From positions 1-32,847 of the forward strand of contig CBFCYU010000002.1 in NCBI GenBank assembly GCA_965602415.1: a stretch of 32,847 nt of DNA, written 5' to 3'. The DNA is from an uncultured bacterium (GTDB lineage: Bacteria; Bipolaricaulota; Bipolaricaulia; UBA7950; UBA9294). Positions 16,528-23,601 of the stretch are shown piece by piece. Position 1 is the first letter of the stretch, and each line of letters begins with the position of its first letter. Under the pieces are notes generated by a model. The model was given only the letters and a program-made list of their open reading frames with translations. It was not told where the DNA came from and searched no databases. The position numbers and the translations under genes were made by a program.

Positions 16528-17412
16528 ATGGAACCCAAGATTTCGGGAATCATCCCGCCACTACTGACCGCGTTCGACAAGAACGGTGCATTCGACGAGA
16601 AGGCGCAGCGCGAGATTGTCTCGTTCCTCGTCGACAAGGTGCAGGGATTCTATCCCTGTGGAACGTACGGCTCCGGACCGCTCATGAGCGTCGACGAGCG
16701 CAAGCGCGTCGCCGAGGTGGTCATCGATGAGGTCAACGGGCGCGTGCCGGTCATTCTGCACGTCGGCGGGCCGACGACTCGGTTCGGGGTCGAACTCGCT
16801 CAACATGCTGAAAAGGCGGGAGCCGTCGCGGTCGCCTCGGTGCCGCCGATCTACTACGGCTTCAAGGAGCCCGAGGTCGAGCGCCACTTCAAGGCGTTGG
16901 TCGACGCGGTCGACGTTCCGGTCTTGGTCTACAACAACCCGAAGACAACGGGCGTGTCGATCTCGGCGGATTTCCTCAACCGGCTCGCCAAGCTCGGCGT
17001 GCGAGGCGTGAAGGACTCGAGTTTCGACATCATGGTCTTCTACACGTACCTGTGGACGGTGGAGCGCAAGGACTTCATCCCCGTCATCGGAACAGAGGCC
17101 CTCATCTACCCCGCGGCGGGAATGGGAGCGTTCGCATCGGTCTCCGGACTGGCCAACGCGATCCCCGAACCGGTGGTCGAGCTGTTCAATGCGGTGAAGG
17201 CCGGTAATGTGGAGAAGGCACGCCCGCTGCAGCAGCGCGTCTCTGCAATGCGCGATGTGATGCATCTTGGGCCGACCCTGACGATGATCCAGGCCATCCT
17301 CCACAAACGAGGCGTCAACGCCGGATATCCGCGCCTGCCGTTCGTGGTCCCCGATGAAGCTCTGGTGAGCAAAGCGGTCGAGGCCTTCCGGGCGCTTGGC
17401 GTGGCATTCTAG
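16528..17412 (+). CDS. DHDPS/NAL-family class I aldolase, closest by eye to archaeal KD(P)G aldolase type
   Basis: 294 aa, AAGGAGG upstream. Family residues: VLVYNNP (Tyr) and GVKDSS (Schiff-base Lys). The usual bacterial GTTGE motif reads GTYGSGP. Together with VPPIYYG and GYPRLP, this resembles my recollection of Sulfolobus KDG aldolase (GTTGLGP, YAPYYY, GYPRPP). Confidence 0.8.
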   Translation: MEPKISGIIPPLLTAFDKNGAFDEKAQREIVSFLVDKVQGFYPCGTYGSGPLMSVDERKRVAEVVIDEVNGRVPVILHVGGPTTRFGVELAQHAEKAGAVAVASVPPIYYGFKEPEVERHFKALVDAVDVPVLVYNNPKTTGVSISADFLNRLAKLGVRGVKDSSFDIMVFYTYLWTVERKDFIPVIGTEALIYPAAGMGAFASVSGLANAIPEPVVELFNAVKAGNVEKARPLQQRVSAMRDVMHLGPTLTMIQAILHKRGVNAGYPRLPFVVPDEALVSKAVEAFRALGVAF

Positions 17413-17428
17413 AGACTGGAAGGTGATC

Positions 17429-18406
17429 ATGCGCGCGGTGCTGGTCAGCTCTCGCTCGTTCGGGAACGTCCTGACGATCGGCAACGACCTCCTCCGTGAC
17501 GCCGGATTCAAGGTGCGCAGGGTTGGTGAGGAGGAGCGCCCACTCGACGAAGCGAAGCTCGCCTCCATCGTTCACCGCGAGAGACCAGAGGTCATCATCA
17601 CGGGAGCCGAGTCCGTCTCGGAGACCGTGCTCGGGGCTTCTGACAGCCTGCGCATGATCATGAAGCACGGCGTCGGGGTCGACAACATCGACCTCGGCGC
17701 CGCTACCTCTCGCGGCATCGCCGTTGCCAACGCGCCCGGTACCAACACCGAAGCGGTCGCCGATCTTACGTTCGGCTTCATCCTGTCCCTGCTACGCCGC
17801 ATCTGCACCGCCAATGCAGCGACGCGAAGCGGTAGCTGGGAGAGGTACATGGGCCATGAGCTCGGGGCGATGACCCTAGGGATTGTCGGCACCGGCCGGA
17901 TCGGCGCCATCGTGGCACGCCGCGCCCACGCCTTCGGTGCAAGCCTGCTCGGGTGCGACGTGGTCCAGAACGAGGCGCTGAAATCGGGTTGCGGCATGCA
18001 CTACGTTCCGCTCGACGACCTTCTTCGGCAGGCTGACGTGGTCACACTTCATGCCCCGCTCATGCCTCAGACCAGAGGAATGATCGGAAAAACACAGCTG
18101 GAATCGATGAAGCCCTCAGCGTTGCTCGTCAATTGCGCACGAGGAGAGCTCGTGGACGAGGGCGCGCTCTGCGAGTGCCTGCAGACCGGAGGCATCGCGG
18201 GGGCCGCCGTCGACGTCTTCGCCACCGAGCCGCCGCGGGACAGCCCGCTCCTCGAGCTCGACACCGTCATCGCCACGCCGCACATCGCTGCCTACACGTA
18301 CGAGGCAATGGATTCGATGGATCGCTTGTGCGCCGAGACAATCAGCGACGTACTCCTCCTAGGGCGAATCCCGGGCAATCTCATCAACCCAGAGGTCATG
18401 CGATAA
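17429..18406 (+). CDS. D-isomer-specific 2-hydroxyacid dehydrogenase (glyoxylate/hydroxypyruvate/phosphoglycerate dehydrogenase-like)
   Basis: Track ORF 17396..18406. ATG 17429 behind GGAAGGTGA. NAD motif GIVGTGRIG. Catalytic Arg/Glu/His context: NCARGELVD, DVFATEP, TPHIAAYT. Confidence 0.85.
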   Translation: MRAVLVSSRSFGNVLTIGNDLLRDAGFKVRRVGEEERPLDEAKLASIVHRERPEVIITGAESVSETVLGASDSLRMIMKHGVGVDNIDLGAATSRGIAVANAPGTNTEAVADLTFGFILSLLRRICTANAATRSGSWERYMGHELGAMTLGIVGTGRIGAIVARRAHAFGASLLGCDVVQNEALKSGCGMHYVPLDDLLRQADVVTLHAPLMPQTRGMIGKTQLESMKPSALLVNCARGELVDEGALCECLQTGGIAGAAVDVFATEPPRDSPLLELDTVIATPHIAAYTYEAMDSMDRLCAETISDVLLLGRIPGNLINPEVMR

Positions 18407-18481
18407 CAAAGGCAATGCCGTCAGTGTCTGCGCTCTGTGGGACGCCATGAAACGATGAACGTTATGCAGAAATGTGGGGAC

Positions 18482-18510
18482 TTGTTCCGACGCCAACACA
18501 GCGGTATCGT
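18482..18510 (+). promoter_or_regulatory. weak promoter-like element upstream of gntR2 (TTGTTC-N17-TATCGT)
   Basis: Hexamers at 18482-18487 and 18505-18510. AAGGAGGA (18533-18540) precedes ATG 18544. An AT-rich stretch lies at 18451-18476 just upstream. Confidence 0.3.
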
Positions 18511-18543
18511 TGAGCATCGTCACGCCCCCCTCAAGGAGGACTG

Positions 18544-19407
18544 ATGGCCGAGCAGATCCCGGAGCACGAACGCTTTCTCGATGCTGTGTCCTCGTATGGG
18601 CACGCGGTTTCGACGTCCTCCTCCATTCCTCTGTACTACCAGCTGTACTTGATCCTGAAGCGCGGGGTCCGAGACCATGCGCTAAAGCCGGGGACCCGAT
18701 TCCCATCCGAAGAGGCCATCGCGGCACATTTCCGGGTCAGTCGCCCGACGGCGAGCCGAGCCATTCATGAGATGATCGATCGCGGCTGGCTCATCCGTCA
18801 ACGCGGGCGAGGCACCTTCGTGCAGCAGGCAGCCCCGACACAGCTCTCGTTGCTGAGCAACAGCCTCAGCTTCTCGGACGACATCGCCAAACGCGACGAC
18901 CACCGGACGCGCTTCGTACGCAAGGCCGTTATCGAGGCATCCGAAGAGGACAGCATCGCGCTCGGAGTGGAACCCGGGGCACCGCTTCAGTACATCCGCC
19001 GCCTTCACATGGTCCACGAGCGGATCGTCATGGTCTGCGATTCCAAGCTTTCCGCCGACCGATTCCCCGGATTGCTCGAGGCGGAATTCGCCAGGAACAG
19101 CCTGTTCAAGACGCTCGAAGCGAAATACGGCTGCGAGATTCGTCGAGCCGAGCGGTGCGTCGAGGCGGCAGAGATCCTCGAGGAGGACATCGCCGATCTC
19201 CTTGGCGTCCCGATGTTCGCTCCCATCCTTCTGATGACGGGACTCGCGTTCGATACCGAGCTGCGAGTCGCCGAAGCCATGACGGCCTACGTCCGCGAGG
19301 GCGTGACGTTCAAGAACCTGATCGTCGCCGACCCACCACCGATCGACCCTCAACGCCCAACCTGCCCTCGTACACATGCGCCGAGAGGCGAGGGCGAAGC
19401 CTGTTAG
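18544..19407 (+). CDS. GntR-family regulator, HutC-type (wHTH plus UTRA), GntR2
   Basis: 287 aa. FPSEEAIAAHFRVSRPTASRAIHEMIDRGWLIRQRGRGTFV, then a UTRA-like domain. Clear paralog of GntR1 and of the 32158.. gene. Confidence 0.88.
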   Translation: MAEQIPEHERFLDAVSSYGHAVSTSSSIPLYYQLYLILKRGVRDHALKPGTRFPSEEAIAAHFRVSRPTASRAIHEMIDRGWLIRQRGRGTFVQQAAPTQLSLLSNSLSFSDDIAKRDDHRTRFVRKAVIEASEEDSIALGVEPGAPLQYIRRLHMVHERIVMVCDSKLSADRFPGLLEAEFARNSLFKTLEAKYGCEIRRAERCVEAAEILEEDIADLLGVPMFAPILLMTGLAFDTELRVAEAMTAYVREGVTFKNLIVADPPPIDPQRPTCPRTHAPRGEGEAC

Positions 19408-19417
19408 GCAAAGCGGT

Positions 19418-19981
19418 CTATCGATCCACCAAGCTCGGTCCGCCAATGCCCCGCTTCACCCGCTTCGGAAACCCTTCCGTCTGAATGTCTCCGTAGTTGT
19501 GCCCGGCGTGAGCAGGATAGACACAGAACGAGATCAACGGCTCATCCCCCGTGTTGATCGAGCGGTGAGCCCAATCGGGGGGGGCGTAGATGAGGCGCCC
19601 CGCCTCCATTGGCTGTGCGTCCCATCGACCGTCGCACGTCTTCATGAGCATGAATCCCCTGCCACGCATGCATAGGTACGTCTCCGCGGTACCGGAGACG
19701 GTGTGGTAGTGGCCCTTGGTCATGAAGTACTCGTCTCCCACCTGCCCAGGTTCAAGCACGCTCATGCAGAAGAGGAGATGTCCCTTCTCCTCGGGGATCG
19801 CCTTCTCGTAGACGCGGTAGTGAACCGGATCGCACAGCGCGATCAACGCTTCAAGCGCTTCGGCATCGGCGTAGTACCCCCGCAGGTCGGAAGCACGGCG
19901 GATCACGATACGATCCGCGTCTTCCATCGTCCCGGTTGTGAAGTCGATCGCTACACCGAACGGAACATCGTACGGTTGCAT
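19418..19981 (-). CDS. cupin-type phosphoglucose isomerase (archaeal cPGI family)
   Basis: 187 aa. Colinear with my recollection of Pyrococcus cPGI: PFGVAIDFTTG, RRASDLRGYY, FMTKGHYH, YAPPDWAHRSINTGDEP, YPAHAGHNYG (His/Glu metal ligands of the cupin). Confidence 0.88.
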   Translation of the reverse strand: MQPYDVPFGVAIDFTTGTMEDADRIVIRRASDLRGYYADAEALEALIALCDPVHYRVYEKAIPEEKGHLLFCMSVLEPGQVGDEYFMTKGHYHTVSGTAETYLCMRGRGFMLMKTCDGRWDAQPMEAGRLIYAPPDWAHRSINTGDEPLISFCVYPAHAGHNYGDIQTEGFPKRVKRGIGGPSLVDR

Positions 19982-19984
19982 TCG

Positions 19985-20998
19985 CTATCCTCCTCCCGTC
20001 GGCACGGACCTCGCTCGTGCCGCTACGGCGGAGAGGTTGTCGAATTGCGGTCCGGACATCGGGATGTCGATCCCGAAAGAGGGCTTTGATTTACTCGATT
20101 TGCCTGACCCGAAAACCTTGCTGATCACCCGCGTCCAGCCGTGGATGAAGTACGTCCATCCGTCTTCGATCATCAGGCCTCCGGATTCCCGCTGTCGCCT
20201 TGCCTGCTCGAGGAAGTGGAGGTCTCCTCGGTAGTTGAAGTCCCACACGCGGCCACCTTGTGGGAACAAGGCGGCCTCCGTCAGCGGCGACCCGGGACGA
20301 TCCTTCCCCAACCCCGTGGCATTCGCGACGAGTGAACCGGGCGCCATGTCCGAACAGATGCGGTCATTCTCGGCGGAAGCTGGCGAGTGGACGTACTCGA
20401 CATCCACGCCGGCATCGAGCGCCCGGTGAACCTCGCGCATCTTGCTCAGTCGTCCCGGGCTGCGGTTTGTGATCACGATCCTTCGCGGATGCGGGCGCTC
20501 GGCCCCGGCCCGCTCCAGTAGATTGACCGACAGCGCAAGCGACGATCCCCCCGCTCCAAGGATGAGCACCGCGGCCCCCCCGGCCCAATGGGCCGCGGGG
20601 GCGGAGGGGTCCCGCGCCAATCCGCTAGAGATTGGATCCATAGCCGTGCCAATCAAATGCCCGTCCTGCTTCGAGATACAGCTGACCTCGCCGAGCCGCT
20701 CCGCGTACGGTCCGAGGACATCGAACAGGTCGCGGGCCGCTTCGAGCAGGTCTAACTTGTGCGTGGTCACGAGCGCCCCCATCGACAGCGGATCGGTCTT
20801 GATATGCTCAACAATCCGGCAGTACCGCTCCGGACTGTCGTGCAGGGCGAAATCGACCCCCACGATCTCCGCTTCGAGCCCGAGCACGTCGGCCCAGCGC
20901 GGGAACACGCGCATGATCGACGACTGGGTCGTCGTCACGCCGATGAAGTAGATCGTCGGCACTCGGCGCGGCCCGGAGATGGCGCTCATCCCGTCCAT
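19985..20998 (-). CDS. shikimate/quinate dehydrogenase-like NAD(P) oxidoreductase (AroE family, divergent)
   Basis: 337 aa. IGVTTTQSSIMRVFP, GALVTTHK (catalytic Lys position), GTAMDP (Asp position) and Rossmann motif VLILGAGGSSLA. Only 3 nt separate it from the downstream cPGI gene. True substrate unknown. Confidence 0.7.
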   Translation of the reverse strand: MDGMSAISGPRRVPTIYFIGVTTTQSSIMRVFPRWADVLGLEAEIVGVDFALHDSPERYCRIVEHIKTDPLSMGALVTTHKLDLLEAARDLFDVLGPYAERLGEVSCISKQDGHLIGTAMDPISSGLARDPSAPAAHWAGGAAVLILGAGGSSLALSVNLLERAGAERPHPRRIVITNRSPGRLSKMREVHRALDAGVDVEYVHSPASAENDRICSDMAPGSLVANATGLGKDRPGSPLTEAALFPQGGRVWDFNYRGDLHFLEQARRQRESGGLMIEDGWTYFIHGWTRVISKVFGSGKSSKSKPSFGIDIPMSGPQFDNLSAVAARARSVPTGGG

Positions 20999-21019
20999 CC
21001 TTCCGATCCCTTGGGCCGG

Positions 21020-21835
21020 CTATTCGTCCCACTCGGGGCCGAAATCCGGTTCGATCATCCGCTCGCCGTGGGCAAGCCCGTCGATCGCAGCCATATCCTC
21101 GGCAGCCAGCTCGAAATCGAAGATCTTGAAGTTCTCTTCGGCGTGCGCGTACCCTGACGACTTCGGAATGGCACCGACCAGCGGCTGCTGCATGAACCAA
21201 CGCAGCGTCACCTGAGCGGCGGTCTTACCGTACTTCGCACCGATTGCCGCCAGAGACTCGTCGGAGTGGCACTTGCCGATCCCAAGAGGCGCGTACGCCA
21301 TCACCAGAGCGTTATGCTTCCGCGCTGCTTCGATGACCTTCGCCTGCGAAAGGTACGGGTGGTACTCGACCTGGTTGCAGACGACCGGAGCGGCCTTGAC
21401 GGCCCGCTCGAACAGCACGACAGGGAAGTTGCTGACACCAATATGGCGCACCCTGCCTTGCTCCACTTCTTTCGTCATCGCCGCGAGGGTCTCTTCGACC
21501 TCGTACTTCGGATTCGGCCAATGGATCAGCCAGAGGTCGGCGTAGTCGATGCCGAGGTCCCTCAAGCTCTGATCGAGGCTCCGGCGAACCCCATCGGCGG
21601 ACATGTCATCCATCCATGCCTTCGTCGTGATGAACAGATCCTCTCGGCCGAGACCGGATGCCTTGATTCCCGCGCCGACGGCCTTCTCGTTCTCGTAGAT
21701 CTCTGCCGTATCCAGATGGCGATACCCGACCTTGAGGGCGTTCTCCACCGCCTGCGTGCACTCCTCGCCCTTCATCCGGAACGTGCCGAAACCAAGCGCA
21801 GGGATCCTCGCGCCACGAGCCTCTTCGTACTTCAT
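21020..21835 (-). CDS. aldo-keto reductase (2,5-diketo-D-gluconate reductase-like)
   Basis: Track ORF 21020..21874. Start set at ATG 21835 (MKYEEARGARIPALGFGTF) with GGGAAGGA upstream, one nt after the preceding stop (TGA-G-ATG). AKR tetrad context: HLDTAEIYENE, ITTK, LIHWP. Confidence 0.88.
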   Translation of the reverse strand: MKYEEARGARIPALGFGTFRMKGEECTQAVENALKVGYRHLDTAEIYENEKAVGAGIKASGLGREDLFITTKAWMDDMSADGVRRSLDQSLRDLGIDYADLWLIHWPNPKYEVEETLAAMTKEVEQGRVRHIGVSNFPVVLFERAVKAAPVVCNQVEYHPYLSQAKVIEAARKHNALVMAYAPLGIGKCHSDESLAAIGAKYGKTAAQVTLRWFMQQPLVGAIPKSSGYAHAEENFKIFDFELAAEDMAAIDGLAHGERMIEPDFGPEWDE

Positions 21836-21836
21836 C

Positions 21837-22514
21837 TCAACCATCCTTCCCTTGTGTGAGTTCGCTTGCGCCAAACGCGTGTACGTAGTCCTTGTGGAAT
21901 TTCAATGTGGCGGCCTCGACGGCGGGATTGGAGCAGATCTTCGAGACCACGTTCGATTGGATGGCCGCGTACCCGGCGCCCGCCTTCCACGCCAGCATCA
22001 GCTCCTCGGGGGTCCGGACGCTGGCCGCGATCACGTCGGCCTGAAGATCGTGCTGCTCCACGAGGTCGACGATGTCAGCGACGACCCGGCATCCGTCCCC
22101 GCCGACGTCGTAGATGCGCGCCATGTAGGGCGCGAGGAAGATTGCGCCGGCCCGCGCAGCGAGCAGTGCCTCATTGGCGGCGCAGATCACGGTCGCAGTG
22201 ATGCGGACCCCTTCCGAAGCCAGCGCATGGATCGCCTCGACTCCCGCGGCCGTAACGGGGATCTTGACAACGACCCGTTCCGGGTCGATCGCCGAAAGAC
22301 ACCGCCCTTCTTGGATCATCTCAGCGGCCGACAGCCCCGCGACCTGGATGAAGACCGGATCCGGCACGATATCGAGCACGCTTCGGACGAGTTTCTCCGA
22401 CGAAAGCCCCGCCTGTGCTACCAGACTCGGATTACTCGCCACACCGACGAACACCCCAAGCCGGTAGAGGTCCCTGACCTCGTCTGGTTCCGCGGATATC
22501 AGGATCAGTTTCAT
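21837..22514 (-). CDS. fructose-6-phosphate aldolase / type-3B transaldolase-like class I aldolase
   Basis: C-terminal 225 aa of track ORF 21837..22682, from ATG 22514 (MKLILISAEPDEV). Motifs: GVASNPS, VVVKIPVT (Schiff-base Lys), LAARAGAIFLAPYMARI. ATGA overlap with the upstream CMD gene. Confidence 0.85.
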   Translation of the reverse strand: MKLILISAEPDEVRDLYRLGVFVGVASNPSLVAQAGLSSEKLVRSVLDIVPDPVFIQVAGLSAAEMIQEGRCLSAIDPERVVVKIPVTAAGVEAIHALASEGVRITATVICAANEALLAARAGAIFLAPYMARIYDVGGDGCRVVADIVDLVEQHDLQADVIAASVRTPEELMLAWKAGAGYAAIQSNVVSKICSNPAVEAATLKFHKDYVHAFGASELTQGKDG

Positions 22515-22852
22515 GCCTCGCCCTCTCGATGCGCCTCGATCGCCGCCAGTACCGCTCCCATATGCGCCAGTGCGGGTCCGCCGTCCATGATGACGGCGAC
22601 GAAGGCCGCCTCCATGATCTCGTCCTCCACCGCGCCCGCTGCCACCGCGGAGCGAACATGATACGAGATGCATCGTTCGCATCCCTTGACGAGGGAGATC
22701 GCAATCGCAATGAGTTCTTTGTTTTTTCTCGAGACGGTTCCGTCAGCGTGGGCCGCAGCGGTGAACCGTCGCCACGCGGAAAGCGTCTTCCCGTGCGGTG
22801 TGGCTGACAACTGCTTCATCGTCTCCGCTAGTTCCTCGGTCATCCGCTGCAT
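22511..22852 (-). CDS. carboxymuconolactone decarboxylase (CMD)/AhpD-like family protein with CxxC
   Basis: C-terminal 113 aa of track ORF 22511..23155, from ATG 22852 (MQRMTEELAETMKQL). KELIAIAISLVKGCERCISYHV is the family helix carrying CxxC..H. The upstream part of the track ORF overlaps DeoC-like B in another frame. Confidence 0.75.
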   Translation of the reverse strand: MQRMTEELAETMKQLSATPHGKTLSAWRRFTAAAHADGTVSRKNKELIAIAISLVKGCERCISYHVRSAVAAGAVEDEIMEAAFVAVIMDGGPALAHMGAVLAAIEAHREGEA

Positions 22853-22866
22853 GCTCTCGGCGCGAC

Positions 22867-23601
22867 TCACGAGCCCGCCTCCTTCTCGGTTGCCATCCAC
22901 TCCATCGCGCGCAGCAGGCCGGCTCGGACCGGGATAGCGACACGATCGGCGCCAGCATCGAGGAGTTCGTTCACCGCCTGGATCGTCGTCACTCCTCCGG
23001 CCGCCTTCAATTTCAGGCCCTCCCCGACCAATCCGCGAAGCGACTCGAGGACGCCCACACTCGCGGATCCTTCGGCATCCGGATCGGTGGACACGATGCG
23101 GAACCCGACCGTATTCACCACGTACTCGAATCCCTGGTTCGCAGCGATGCTGCACGCCTCACGAATCCGGGACGAGCTGAGCAGCCCGGCTTCGAGGACA
23201 AGTTTCAATGTGATTTCGCCCGTCGCGCGGCGGATTTCGGCCAGTTCGTGGCCTACCACGTCCCAGCGCTCCGCCAGGATCGTGCCAAAATGCGGTACCA
23301 CATCGAGCTCGCGTGCCCCGTCTTCCACGGCCGCCTCGGCCTCTCGCGCCTTGACACTCGCCGACTGGCTGCCAAACGGATAGCTGATGACAGTCGCGAC
23401 CGAGGGACCACCCCGTCCCACACACACCGCGGCGCGACGAACGAGTGCGGAGGGGACAACCACCGTCCTGAAACCGCACACCGCCGCCTCGCAGCACATC
23501 GTCTCAAGATCACGATACGTGATGGTCTTGCGAAGGTCCGTGTATTCGATCGAGTCCGCGACCCGGGGAAGCGCAGCCCTGATCTTCTCGTGTCCGCTCA
23601 T
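22867..23601 (-). CDS. DeoC/LacD-family class I aldolase-like protein, paralog B (no Lys at the canonical Schiff-base position)
   Basis: 244 aa, DERA-like throughout: IEYTDL, VATVISYPFG, GARELDVV, ITLKLVLEAG, LKLKAAGGV, GADRV. Where DERA has F[IV]KTSTG, it reads EYVVNTVGF. Confidence 0.8.
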   Translation of the reverse strand: MSGHEKIRAALPRVADSIEYTDLRKTITYRDLETMCCEAAVCGFRTVVVPSALVRRAAVCVGRGGPSVATVISYPFGSQSASVKAREAEAAVEDGARELDVVPHFGTILAERWDVVGHELAEIRRATGEITLKLVLEAGLLSSSRIREACSIAANQGFEYVVNTVGFRIVSTDPDAEGSASVGVLESLRGLVGEGLKLKAAGGVTTIQAVNELLDAGADRVAIPVRAGLLRAMEWMATEKEAGS

